Assembly (NCBI GenBank): GCA_026770705.1
Contig: JANJGN010000015.1
Span: 118,978,001-119,042,000 of the forward strand
Direction of reading: 5' to 3'
Length of the DNA: 64,000 nt
Source: Isurus oxyrinchus
Lineage: Eukaryota
Within the stretch, counting starts at the first letter, position 1, and the number at the start of each line of letters is the position of its first letter. The notes under the pieces were generated by a model. That model saw only the letters and a list, made by a program, of their open reading frames with translations. It searched no databases and was not told the origin of the DNA. Below, in pieces: positions 41,395 to 53,305 of this stretch. The translations under genes and the position numbers were made by a program.

Positions 41395-43110
41395 TGACAT
41401 TCCCTCCAAGTAAATGCTGGGACAGCTGAAACCATTGTCTTCAGTCCTGACTACAAACTGAACCAGACTGCCCACAACCTTGGTGACACATTTGACCGTG
41501 AGGTGAGCTTTCAACCACATATCGCAAAGGCCACTTATTTCCACCTCCATAACATTGCATGACTTTGTCCCTGCCTGCCTCAGCTCACCTTCTGCTGAAA
41601 TTTTCATCCATGTGCTATGGAGGTGTGTTATGTCAAACATTACATTTCGATTTCATCTGCTGGGCTCATGTAGAACTTTTTTAAAATGGTAGTTACAACT
41701 GTTAAAAACAAAGACTGACTTATGATGGCTGCCACAGGTCACCTGCCATTTGGGACTGCAAATTGGCCTAGCTTCTGGAAGCTTCTAAAAGGTGGGTTAC
41801 AATACATTCTTGTGGAATGTCAGACCTGCCTTTGTCAGGGCTTACCTCAAAACAGCAAGGACAATAAGGCCTCGTACTTTCTTTCTCTATTACTACCAAG
41901 TAACAAAGGAGAATACATGAAACTGGTTATGCACAAGAGAAGTCCAAAGGACTCCTATCTGCCTCTATCGTACGTTGATGGTTTTGACCATGGGAGGTAG
42001 AAACTCCTTTGTTAACCTGCATAGACTGTCAATTGTTTTCCATCGTGTATAACTGAAACTCCGATTTTTGAAAGCATTTTATTACAAAACCCTGCTGGAC
42101 CCTGCATGCTTATATCATACTGTGGACAGCAGACGGAGAAATTCTAAAGAAAACTTCAAATTCCAAACCAGCATTTCCAGGAGGAAAAAAACCCAGGACT
42201 ACAGCTTTAAGGATGGTCTCAGTTATGAACAAGAGTGAAGGACTCATAATCATTGAACACTTTATATCTTTGCCTTTTATCACTGAATGGTAATTGGCCA
42301 AAAGTTAATCTTCTCTACTTTGTAACTTGTATTTTGGTATGTGGCATGTGTATGCGGCGATGGTTGGGACATGTTTACACCTTTTTTAATATTTTAATAT
42401 CTTTACCTCGGTAGGTTTTTAGCACAAGAGAAACTATTCCCTTATTTGTTTAAGCCCAAGAAAGCCTGTCAGACTGAGTTCTTTGCAATCAGCACATAAA
42501 TAGTTAAGTACATACAAGGATGAGTACAGCGTAAATTTCAAAATACCCTGTTACAATCAACCGAGGAGTGGGCAAAAAGGGGGTCACTTGCACCTGACAT
42601 TACCTGGTTGTAACACATGCCTTTGTTACCTCTAAACTTGACTATTCTAACACATGTTTGGCCAGCCTCCCATGTAAACTTGAAGTCAATCAAAACTCTA
42701 TGTGAGTACTAGCTTGCCTCAAGTCTCCCCCATCAGCTCTGTCTGCTGACTTACATAGGCTTCCAGTTAAACAATACCTTGATTTTAAAGTTCTCATCCT
42801 TGTTTTCAAATCCCTCCATTGTTTCATCTCGCCATTTCTGCTCCAGTCCTACTTGTCTTTCAAGCACCCCCAAATTTAATTACTCTACCACTGGTGGCCA
42901 TGCCTTCAGCTGTCAAGGCTCTAAGCTCTGGAGCACCCTCCCCAAACCTCTCTGCCACTTTACCACTTTTTCCTCCTTTAAGACACCCCATAAAACCTAC
43001 ACCTTTGATCAAACTTATAGTCATCTGCTCTAACAACTCTTTACATGGCTGGGTATCAAATGCTGTTTTATAATGCTCCTCCGAAGTTCTTCGGGACTTT
43101 TTGTTTTACA
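41395..43110 (+). mobile_element. L2 LINE 3' fragment split by an LTR insertion
   Basis: L2 text TTCATCCATG|CCTTTGTTACCTC is rejoined when 41613-42619 is removed; typical L2 3' motifs continue to ~43110. Confidence 0.8.
41613..42615. mobile_element. Solo LTR (~1.0 kb)
   Basis: TG...CA termini (TGCTAT/GTAACA); 4-bp TSD CATG at 41609-41612 and 42616-42619; interrupts L2; no coding content. Confidence 0.8.
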
Positions 43111-44555
43111 TTAAAGGTGTCAAATACGTTATTGCTATTTTAGACAAGGCAATGGCAATCACTTACTTAAGCCTGAGTGGACAAAATTTCCAACCCAATC
43201 TCATCTTCATTTGCACTTCCCAGTAGTAATCGGTAGCACTGTGGGTGTACACCACATGGACTGCAGTGGTTCAAGGAGGCGGCTCACCACCATCTTCTCA
43301 AGGACAATTTGGGGTGGGCGATAAAAATGTTGGCCTAGCCAGCAACACCCGCATCCCACAAAAAGAGTTAAAAAAAAACATGGGACTGCAATCAGGACTG
43401 GGAACCCACGCTGATTTTTCTATCTCCCAACTTATGGGTAGCAAGGCCAACTGCATGGTCTGAACTACCATCCAAATAGCTAAGATAAACTAACTGAACA
43501 CAGATTAGGAATAGAACCTCAATTCTTCTGGTCTGAGTGGCTCAATACTATACTGAGTTATGCCTTTGCCAATTACTGTAGATCATTTAGGGGCTACATT
43601 TCTTTTCTGTTTATAGGCAGAAAAAAAAGCTCTTATCATGTCATTAATTATGGATTCTTCTGCCCTCAAGTGCAATATTTCAGGATTTGGTTACAAAATA
43701 ATCTTTTGATGGCAAAACAATTGAAGTTAAAGAACCTCAAGATTGAAGGATTCTCTTTACTCATGCATTTCCCAGAAAATAAGGCCTTTCCTTCTCTGAA
43801 TGAAAAGACCAGCTATCCTTGGTTTAACTGTTACCCTCTTATGATTATCAGACTTGAGCATAATTAAATAGAAATCTCCAAAATTCAGAATTACAATTCT
43901 GATTTTCTAATCATTTCAGAGTATAAAATTCAGATTTGGATCTTAGGATTGGCACTCATCATTGAACTTAGCTAAAGGTGGGATTTGAATTTTAAAATTC
44001 AAATGATTAACTGCAACACTCTGGTATACAAATGATCAAAATGGTGATTGCCACTGGTTTTAAGTGACAAAAAACATCAATAATATTTGGCAATATAGGG
44101 ACGCTTTTATATGCTGATATACATGGCCATGATAAAAGCTTAAAAAAAAGTTTTTTTTGCTTTGATTAACACATCTTGTATTGTTAAACTGCCAATATAT
44201 TTTGGCTTTTGCCACTGGCATGAATGGAGAAATAACACCTGTGGCTAAGTACTTGTGCCTATTGCCTTACTTTACACTCTGCAGCAAATAATTGATGCTC
44301 GGGATTAGGTACTGGTGTCACATAAGAGCAGGCAACTTCTTCATCCCATCAAGCAAAATAACCCTGAAGTATAATGTACTACAAGATGGTTTTAATGTGG
44401 CATAAAGAGAAAAATCTATTTAAACTTCACCTGGATGAGTCTTAAATCCAAAATGCCAATTCTCAAAATGATTTGAGAAAGAAGTTTGATCAATTTTCTG
44501 CTTTTGTTTTCAAAATTAGTAATTCAAGTGAAATTATGTGATATATTACTCTTAC

Positions 44556-44619
44556 CTGAAATACGGATAATCTAAGCATCTTAAACGGAAGAAATTGTTC
44601 ATGCTATGGTTCAGAACAG
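44556..44619 (-). CDS. Candidate exon with ATG at 44602 (MNNFFRLRCLDYPYF + AG, phase 2)
   Basis: Ends TTCAG|gtaaga (strong donor); possible acceptor cttgcag| at 44619; non-repeat context. Confidence 0.45.
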
Positions 44620-46590
44620 CTGCAAGATTATGGCAATCCCATTCACACTCTGTACTGAGCAGAATAATTCCTATAGTTGCCCAATGAAGAAAAGTAATGC
44701 TCTCAATCAACATGACCACTAGTACGCAGGCCCTTCCTCCTGTCCCCCAGTCCCAGAAACCACAACCAAACACTCTGACCCACATTCCTCTCAGCTTAAC
44801 AGTAGTTATAAAAAGTTACTTCAATGCATCGATTAACTCACTCAACTAACACTATGAAATTAAAATATACAATGGCTTCGTAGGTTATGCAAAAGAACAC
44901 TTGGATGTACAATGGCTACATAAAATATATGTGAATGTACTTTTTGAGAATTTAAGAAAAAAGTAAACATAAGTTTCAGGATACTTTACCAATTTAAGTA
45001 ACAAAGACAGTTTATCACAATGTGTCCTACATAGATGAAAATGATATTAAGTTCACAGATAACACAATAAAGCACTGTATTATCTGTATTTAATACTTAC
45101 ACTTCAAATGAACTTTGGCTCATGATTTTTTTTAATCCTAGGTTGTGTCTCATTCACTGTAGAATGTACCACATAGCATGCAAAACACTTGGGTCTAGAG
45201 TTCTTTGTAGTTATCAGAAACTCAAAAGACTTTTGCTGATAGGTTTTCTCATTTATGATAATGATCCCAATTTTAAACTGCTCATTGTGTAATTCCAGTC
45301 AATGCACTGAGGTATCTCAAGAATCCAACCACCACTGAGTGACAAAATGTGGCTTATATGCTGCACGTTTGAGAAAAACTGTCTTTTCAAACAGTTTTTA
45401 TCTTTAATTTTCTATTTCACAACCTCACATCAGTTTACATACTGTTGATGTATGCTTGCAAGTATTTGCATGAGCATGCGTGGATATAATGATAGTTGTA
45501 CAAATTATTATTGCAGTGCTACAAAATTCAAAAAAGGGGTAACAAAGCTAAGGCATGGTACAGTAGTTTAGTTTTTCTTCTATTTTGTTGAACACCAGTT
45601 AAATTGTAAGCGTGCTTTCACTGAAAGTGATGCTGCAATTCTGGACTGGCTGCTCTTGCTCTGATTTTTATTGCAACATAGATTCAGAGCAAGAGTAGAC
45701 ACAAGTGCCAATGGATGGCGAGTGAAAAAGTTGAATTGTGACACGAGTTGTGCCTTAAGTTGAGTGCACAATGCTCAATAGCTGAAATTTCCAATATTAG
45801 GGGAAGGCTAATAAAAGTCAGCAAAGTAGAACCTCCGTTGCTCACTTGTACAGCTTCCAATGTTGTAATGTAAGTAAGGTACACATATGAAAGCATACAC
45901 TTTCCACTAAAGCAATCACATTGAAGTGCATTTTAAGTTCCAAACTTAACTACTGTTGCACTCAATCCAACCGGAATGCCATAAAACATTAGATAAACTG
46001 TCAAACTTCTGTTTGAAACAATTAATTAAAATCTATGCTGCATTTCAGACCACTTTTATTTTCAGTCTATTTTAACCCTTTATGTTCAAACAATGTATGT
46101 CAAAGACTTCAGCAGAAAAACTGGCTGTAAGGAATACAGCAGAAATGGTAAATATTACAAAAAAACTTCTTCATCACAGATCACCAATAAAGGGTCAGCA
46201 TTCATACCTAACATACGATACAACAGATAAATACAGGTTAGCCAAAAAGTTACGCAACTATTTTGAGCCACTTATGTTAAAAAATACTGCTGGTTAATTC
46301 CCTTAATGATTTACAAACATACTGCAAGAACAGTATTGAAATAGTTAAGGATGAAAGCCTTCACAGTCGACTCAATGCTAAGCATGCCCGAGCAATCAGC
46401 AAAGCAAACAAAATGTTGAACTACATAGCCAAAAGCAGCAGAATAAAAGTCAATTCTGGTCAGATCACACCTTGAGTACTCCATCCAATTCTAAAAACAA
46501 AGAAAACTGCGGATGCTGGAAATCCAAAACAAAAACAGAATTACCTGGAAAAACTCAGCAGGTCTGGCAGCATCGGCGGAGAAGAAAAGA

Positions 46591-46627
46591 GTTGACGTTT
46601 CGAGTCCTCATGACCCTTCGACAGAAC
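46591..46627 (-). ncRNA. Minimal hammerhead ribozyme motif (mirror copy)
   Basis: Exact reverse complement of the motif at 46629-46665. Confidence 0.75.
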
Positions 46628-46666
46628 AGTTCTGTCGAAGGGTCATGAGGACTCGAAACGTCAACT
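46628..46666 (+). ncRNA. Minimal hammerhead ribozyme motif (variant core)
   Basis: AGTT-CTGTCGA-A-GGGTC-ATGAG-GACTC-GAAA-CG-TC^AACT: stem I AGUU/AACU, stem II GGGUC/GACUC, palindromic ACGU stem III, GUC triplet. Confidence 0.75.
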
Positions 46667-47169
46667 CTTTTCTTCTCCACCGATGCTGCCAGACCTGCTG
46701 AGTTTTTCCATCCAATTCTAGTTGCTGAGACAAAAAGAATTATTCACATACTGGGGAGAGTATGGTGAAGAACCACTGGGCTTATACTAACCTAAGTACG
46801 AGACATTCTTGATGTACGGTGGAATTCTTAATAAAGGTTAACTAACAACAGTAAGTGATTGTGTGTGTGTATTGTGAAATAATGTTCAGTTGAGTAGGAG
46901 GAAATGATATGGCCAATAAGTACTCTACTCTAACAGGATTTAGATAAGACTGTATTAGAAAGCATAGGAAATTGTGGGGTGAGTGGGGTTACTGGATCAT
47001 AACTTTGGCACCACAAGTTGCTAGTGGAACTCTCCATTGCTGGCTTCAATAGCATGCTCACAAGGTTATAGCCAAAATAGAAAAGCAAAAATATTTGGAT
47101 GTTTATATATGGGCTGCAATAAAGGTTGTGTTTTGAATCACAAGCATAGGTCTTAATTACAGCCATGGC

Positions 47170-48110
47170 TCTCTAGGCAGCACCCTGAGTCAGAAGATTG
47201 CTGGTTCAACTCCCACTCCAGGGGCAGAATTTTCTGGTCGGCCTACAGGGCGGGCCCTACACGACGACGCATAAAATGACGCGTGATGATGTCAGGCGTG
47301 TGTCTCGGACGTCCTCGTGCTCAGTAGTGATGTTTTGTTCGGCAGTTGCGTGCCTGAGTCGGCTGCGCGTCGGAGTCAGCTGCGTGCCCGCCGATATGTA
47401 AACGGTCTGTTAAGGCCATTAAGGATCTATTTAAAGTTATTCTAAATACTACCTGTCCAATCTGGCAGGCAGGCGAAAAAGCCAAGTGGCCTTCGCGTTT
47501 TTCAGGAATCCTCATCCATGAGCAGGATGAGGTTTCCTAAAGCGTTTATTAAATAAATATATTTTCATAAATTTAAAAACATGTCCCAACTCAGGTGACA
47601 CAGTCACATGAGGCAACATGTTTAAATACATTTTTACACGTTTTATTTAATAATTTTATTGTCGATTCAATCTCCCTGAGGCAGCACCATGCCTCAGGGA
47701 GGCTGAAGCGCTCTTTCAATCGCATGCGCAAAAGAACACTGGTCCCAACTCTCCCTCCAACCCCTGCCCACACAGGTAGCACTACTGGCCACATATTATG
47801 CCGGGCGGACCTTAATTGGCCTGCCCGCATAAAATTGCGGCACGGAGTCGATTGCGGGCAGGCCAATTACCTCCTCCTTCCATGCATGTCTTTTCTTCTG
47901 TCACCACTCGACTCCATTCCTCACCCCGCCCAGTCCCACTGACCCCACCCACCATATGAAAAATTCTGCCCCAGGACTTGAGCACAACAATCTAGTCTGA
48001 GACTCCAGTGCAGTATTAAGGGATCACTGCACTGTCAGGGGTGCTGTCTTTCGATTGAGACGTTAAACTGAGACCTTGTCTACTTTGGCAGGTAGATGTA
48101 AAAGAACCCA
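47170..48110 (+). mobile_element. tRNA-headed SINE interrupted by a MITE
   Basis: CTGAGTCAGAAGATTGCTGGTTCAACTCCCACTCCAG|GACTTGAGCAC...GACTCCAGTGCAGTATTAAGGGA...GAGACGTTAAAC; same family as 58690 and 63110. Confidence 0.8.
47222..47971. mobile_element. Young CpG-rich PIF/Harbinger-type MITE
   Basis: Perfect 12-bp TIRs GGGCAGAATTTT / AAAATTCTGCCC; 3-bp TSD CAG (47219-47221, 47972-47974); non-coding. Confidence 0.9.
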
Positions 48111-48309
48111 CAGTCTACAATTTATTAAAGCCAAAATGGTCATTCATATTAAAAACTCCTCAACCAAAAAGGAAGAGAACGGAGATGCTTAAAATTAAAG
48201 AAAATTTAACTTAAGCAAATATAGTGACGCTCTTAATTCATCACCTTAAATTGCCTCCACCACAACCATCACTAACTGTTTTATAAAAATAAATAAGACT
48301 TGCAGCCAT

Positions 48310-48530
48310 CCCAGAGAACTTTACTGCCAGTGAAATATGTTACTGAAGTGTGGTCAACTAATGTAGGAAAAGGAGGAGTCAATTTGCACACAGCAAACTC
48401 CAACAAAAAGTAATGTGTTAATGACCAGGTAATTTTTTTGGGGGGTCATTTCTTGGAGGGATTAAGATTGGCCACGTACAGGGGATAACTCCCCTGTTCT
48501 TTTTCGAAATAGTGTCATAGGATCTTTCAG
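48310..48530 (-). mobile_element. Old SINE fragment
   Basis: Reverse complement of the SINE body (GAGGGATTAAGATTGGCC...GGATAACTCCCCTGTTCTTTTTCGAAATAGTG). Confidence 0.6.
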
Positions 48531-50315
48531 CTTTGGCACCAACGCAGAACTGCACATAATCTGACCTATTAACACTTATCTCAATTATCTTCACATTTTC
48601 AGCATTTGGCTCATGTTTTAGATTGGAGTTTAGATATGGCAGGAAACAGTAAGTGGTATAGATTTTCATGTTGAAAACATTCAGACAGAAATACAACATG
48701 TTGCGACCTCTGATAATTTTAGAGAAGCTTCTATTAGTTAGTCTTATTACGAGTGTCTAAAAATCACAGACTCTGAATAATTGAAGCAGATATTTATCTT
48801 CAGTTTCTTTTGGAGAAACTTCACCAAAAGCAGCAAGGGAAGTGACATAAAGTATGTCTGATCACACCTATGCACGGTTCATTGTTCTAACTGAGTCGTT
48901 TCACAATCAGTCCATAAAGGACATCATCCCAAAATGTACAATCACTGCGCCAGCCTCAGGTGAAACCACCAATGTTTTTAAATTAAAAAAAACACTTGTT
49001 TCTTTGTCACTTTGAAGATACACTCAAATAGCAATAATAGACATTATTTATGCATTGGTTTACCCCCTATTCTCTGGTATATTAGTCTAGCCTTAACATC
49101 TTGCCTACTTAGTCACCTCTACAGCTGTGCTTCTCATTCTATTGAAAGCAAAGATTTTTTTAAAACAATTTTTCAAGCTGAAATTCTCACTCTGACACCT
49201 TGCTAAAATATATCTCATCCAACTCCCACGCAACTTCGAAAACAGCTGCTAGGTGGATGTAAGTAAATATATCTTGATGCAATAAAAGCTCATAAACCTT
49301 GGGAGAGTGAACATGTGTGACATCACATTTTTACCCCTTCAATGATAATGGAAAATCTTGATAATTTTTCCAAGTACCTGTATAGGAGTTAAATAATAAT
49401 AATGCAACATCATTCAAAATGGTCTTGGTGTCCCAATAGCATAGACTGCTAATAATTCCAACAAGCAAATGATTATATTACTTTCAGTACGTTTATCCAA
49501 CTCTGCTACAGGGAGCTACAGGGTACAACTGTTTGGATGTGCACCTACATTTGGCCCTTGCTCCTCCCTCTCCTAGTCAGCTTCCAATTACAGTTGCACA
49601 TTTGAGTGGAAAGCATATTTCCTTCAGGAATAAGTAAGACAAATAAGATCAAACAACCCATTAAATCACACACTGCTCAATGCAAAGTTGACCTTTAAGG
49701 GTTGGGAGCATGTTGTCTTGTCTGTTCATCTTTTGTTAAGGGGACGTGGTGAAGCAAAATCTACAGATGAGAAAATAAGAAAAACTGACAAAACTGCTCA
49801 GTTAAAAAATAAATGATATGCTTGAACAATTCTTACATCTTTCAGATGAGGATGCAACAAAAATCTGTAAAATTTCAAACATACTCATTGAAATAACAAC
49901 TTGCATGTTTTTTTTAAACCATATTCCTCCCAGTGAGGTGTCGTTTGAGGTGGTGGACAAGAATGGGCACAAGCAGGAACGAGACTGGGAAAAAAAGTTT
50001 GTGGGTGGGCATAAAGGCAAAAGCAAGGCTGAAGCAGTAAGTGCTTAGAGAGGCAGTTCATCCTAGAATGGTTGTTGTCCTGTAAGCATTTTGCCAATAA
50101 AGATGCAATGGAGGGATCAAGCAAGGTGGTAGAGAGGTGGAGCTGGGTGTTAGCATACATGTGAAAGCTGACCCTGGTTCAGAGGTTGATGTTGCCAAGC
50201 AGCTTATAGGCTGGGACAAGAGAATTGAGGAAAAGACCAAAGATAGATTCTTCAGGAACTCCAGAGATGACAATGCAGTGGTGGGTGTAGCATAAAGGGT
50301 TAGCAGATGGGATAT

Positions 50316-50433
50316 GAGAGAGAGAGAGAAAGAGAGAGCGAGAGGGAGGAGAGAGAGTGAGAGGATGCGAGAGTGAGCGAAAGCCAGACAGCAAGAGAGA
50401 GCGTGGGAGAGCGAGAGACAGCAAGAGAGAGAG
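50316..50433. repeat. (GA)n-rich compound microsatellite
   Basis: Direct reading; lies in the putative 5' LTR. Confidence 0.9.
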
Positions 50434-50476
50434 ACCAGCCCCTAGAGTCCAAGGTAGAAGGACGGATCTAAGAACA

Positions 50477-50491
50477 TGGTGGCAACCATGG
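50477..50491 (+). promoter_or_regulatory. Primer-binding site (tRNA-Leu-like) after an LTR end ...AACA
   Basis: TGGTGGCAACCATGG resembles TGGTGGCAGCGGTGG, the complement of a tRNA-Leu 3' end; immediately upstream of gag. Confidence 0.6.
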
Positions 50492-50624
50492 AGATATCAA
50501 TGTAAAAAACATATTAGAATTATCGAAGGAACTATAAAGTGAGGAAACATTTGAAAGCAGCTTGAAAAATTTTGGTGGAAGGAGACACATTGGAAAGGGG
50601 TAACAATAACCGCACCTGGTGAGC

Positions 50625-51396
50625 AGTCCATGCCCCTGCCCCTGCCCCACCAGTTTGAATGCCTCGAGGGCCCACAGAGAGGCCAGCAGTGGGAGTTATG
50701 GAAATGCCATTTTCTCCAGTACCTAGCAGCATCAGGCTTTTATGAAAAGGAGCCAAAGCTTCAAGTTAGTTCTTTTCTTTATGCAGTAGAACCAGTAGCA
50801 GACAACGTTCTCGAAAGGCAGGGGGTGCAGGGGTTCACTGCGGACTTTAAGTCCATTCTTAAGGCTTTTGACACCTAACTTAGCCTGAAGCAAAATTTAG
50901 TAATTGAATGAGCACACTTTAACCAGCACTCACAATGATCTGGGGAATTGACTGAATTATTCCTAACCGACCTATGTTGGCTAGCTATTCTTGTGGATAC
51001 GGGGCACTGAAAGAGGAGCTAATTCGTGATCGCATTGTCATGTATGTCTGGGATAAAAAACTCTCCGGCTTTCTGCAAACAAAAGATGTTCTTACTTTGG
51101 ATCAAGCCTTCCAGTATGCAAGGCAAGCCAAGCTTAGAGCATTCAATCGAGCTATAATTAGGGCCAACTCAGAGGCTTCACATGTCTCCGCAGATTGGGT
51201 AGGCATACCGGCAGTGGCCTCACCCATACAAAAGCCCACCAAACCGAGTGAAAAGGTGAGCAACTTCATGCCAATGGCCATTTTGAGAAGCTTGCGCTGT
51301 GGTACGAAAACCCAGCATAGGACCCAAGATTGCACAGCAGTGGGCACAGAATGCTTCCAGCATGGCAGAACTGGATATTTCAAGCATTTCTACTAA
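50625..51396 (+). pseudogene. gag: Gypsy/Ty3 LTR retrotransposon gag, decayed
   Basis: WELWKCHFLQYLAASG...QVSSFLYAV, CGYGALKEELIRDRIV...LTLDQAFQYARQ, and degenerate tandem zinc knuckles RCG....H....C.A.G.EC..(H)GRTGYF; stops/frameshifts between ORFs 50630 and 50974. Confidence 0.88.
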
Positions 51397-53004
51397 TATA
51401 GCTATTTTAACCTAAGTCGAAGGTCAGCAAGTATTTATGAAACACATTCTTTCCAACAAATGGAAATTCAAGAAAAAAGATGAAATTAGAGTTCCTAGTG
51501 GAGGAAAATAGTCTAATAGAAAAACCAGGTGATGCTCATCATTTGAACGACTCACTGTCTTTCATGCAACAATCTTCAATATTTAAAAGCAGTGGGAATT
51601 CAGCCTTCAGAAGCCGAGGAAGTTTATACATGCCGCAGTAAGTTTCTTTCATTCACAGAGACACCATCCACTAGACCCATGGCACACATGGAAGTTATAA
51701 ATCTCTCAATTCTTTACAAAGTAAGGCGAGAGGTAGCGGATATGGAAGGCACTACAGCTGATGGTGACCATACCCATGAAGACCTGCTAGACCTGAATTA
51801 GCTCTTCCTGGAGAGTGATGAGGAAGAATCCTTTGTGGTACTGAACGATCTCTTGGAGGTTGAGGTCCTGCAGAATGATTAGTCTTTCCCATTGATGGAT
51901 GCACCTTATGAAGTCTTTGTTGTCTTTTTAGAAGAATTATCTGTGCTTTTAGGGGCTGAAAAGCATTCTGATCTTAATTACACTGAACCTACCAACGTAT
52001 TGCCTACTTTATTTCCTGTCATTCAAGAGGAGTCTTCCACAGAGAATGTCTTGCCTGAGGCCAGATTAGAGTTCATAGAGGTTCAGGTTGTCAAAGAGCT
52101 GGTACCTTCCAAGAGTGAAAGTCAATTCACACCCATACTTCAGTCTCAACTGAAAGTCTTCTTCCCTTCAGAGGTGGAGGTCAGCGCCAGAAGCTGTGGC
52201 AGAATCTTTAGCACTCCTGAAGTTGCAGAATCCTGTACAGCAATCTTGGCCCAAGTTGATTGTCTACAGGAAATCTGTCTCATTGCAGAAGATGAGGTGG
52301 TCTGGTCTTGTTGTCTCCATATTCTCAGCAATTTTTCCCATTGTACAAAATTGCTCCACTATGGGCAGAGAGAATTGTGGCTCTCTTATCACTGCCTACA
52401 GAAAGTAGGCATCCCTCCCAAATTGTCAATGGGAAATCATCGCGTCTTCTTTTCCTGACGGCCATATAGGAAGTTGATCACTTTTTCCTTCATCTAAGTT
52501 CATTGAAATCTCTGATCTTCAATGCCTTTTCAGTTTTTGATGCAGCAGTCAATGACATAGATGTGATAGTCTTCCTTGGAGCTGAAAATCATTCCTCTTC
52601 TGAATCTTGTGCCCAGAGTCCTTTGAGGGAGCAACAAGTTCCTCAATGTCCTCAGTTCTTCTCTTCTAGTCCCAGAGGTTCTAAAGGTCGATTCTCTTCA
52701 GTCTTCTCCTTTGGATCAGTCTTTCGTTGAAAAATCCTCACTGCTCTTGCAGTTCAGTAATCCTGCAAATTACACTTTGCTTCTCAGTAATGTTGTCAGC
52801 CATGCTGATGAAATGTTGCCCTATTCTGCAGATAATGACATCCTACTAGAACCAGAAGAAAGCCTTCATGCCTCCAAGACATCTTTCCTAAGGGCTGAGA
52901 ATACTGTGAGAGATTGAATCCCCCAGGATTTGATTTGGGAAGAGGATGAGTAGGAGTTGGAGTTGAGTAGAATCTATAGTTGTGAAAAAGAGAGTTACAT
53001 AAAT

Positions 53005-53185
53005 GCCCCAGAGGGCTGTGGAAGCTCAGTTGTTGAGTATGTTCAAGACTGAGATGGACTACATATTAAAAAATAATGTAGGAAAAAGGTATTAAAGTAA
53101 AAGATCAGCCATGATCTTACTGAATGGTGGAGCGGACTCAAAAGGTTGAATGGCCTACTCCTGCTCCTATTTCTTATGTTCTTGA
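53005..53185 (+). mobile_element. CR1 3' end
   Basis: AGAGGGCTGTGGAAGCTCAG...GATCAGCCATGATCTTACTGAATGG...GAATGGCCTACTCCTGCTCCTATTTCTTATGTTCTT. Confidence 0.9.
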
Positions 53186-53205
53186 TGTAAATAGTTAAAG
53201 ACATA

Positions 53206-53305
53206 GGGCAGGATTTTTCAGTCAGCATGCAGGCGTGCGCCCAACATGCCTGAGTGTGATACAGCCCGTGATGGCTTTGAGCGAGCATCCCGACATTATC
53301 GCGCA
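53206..53305. mobile_element. Truncated Harbinger-type MITE end
   Basis: GGGCAGGATTTTT terminus and CpG-rich body resembling 47222. Confidence 0.6.

Larger units (their letters stand above)
46494..46710. mobile_element. Young Penelope-derived palindromic insertion
   Basis: 82-bp inverted arms 46546-46627 / 46629-46710 with one mismatch and a 1-nt spacer; TSD TCCATCCAATTCTA at 46480-46493 and 46707-46720 (overlaps the element end). Confidence 0.95.
46395..46780 (+). mobile_element. Old CR1 3' fragment, host of the palindromic PLE insertion
   Basis: AAAGCAAACAAAATGTTG...CTGGTCAGATCACACCTTGAGTACTCCATCCAATTCTAG encodes LVRSHLEYSIQF. Confidence 0.65.

Noticed and set aside
46513-46701. ORF MLEIQNKNRITWKNSAG... 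(similar ORFs at 21758 and 40243)
   Set aside because: Incidental translations of the non-coding PLE terminal repeat
51892-52458. Longest ORF (188 aa) as a host gene
   Set aside because: Lies between gag and a PPT-like tract, is surrounded by broken ORF pieces of similar composition, and has no splice structure or recognisable domain
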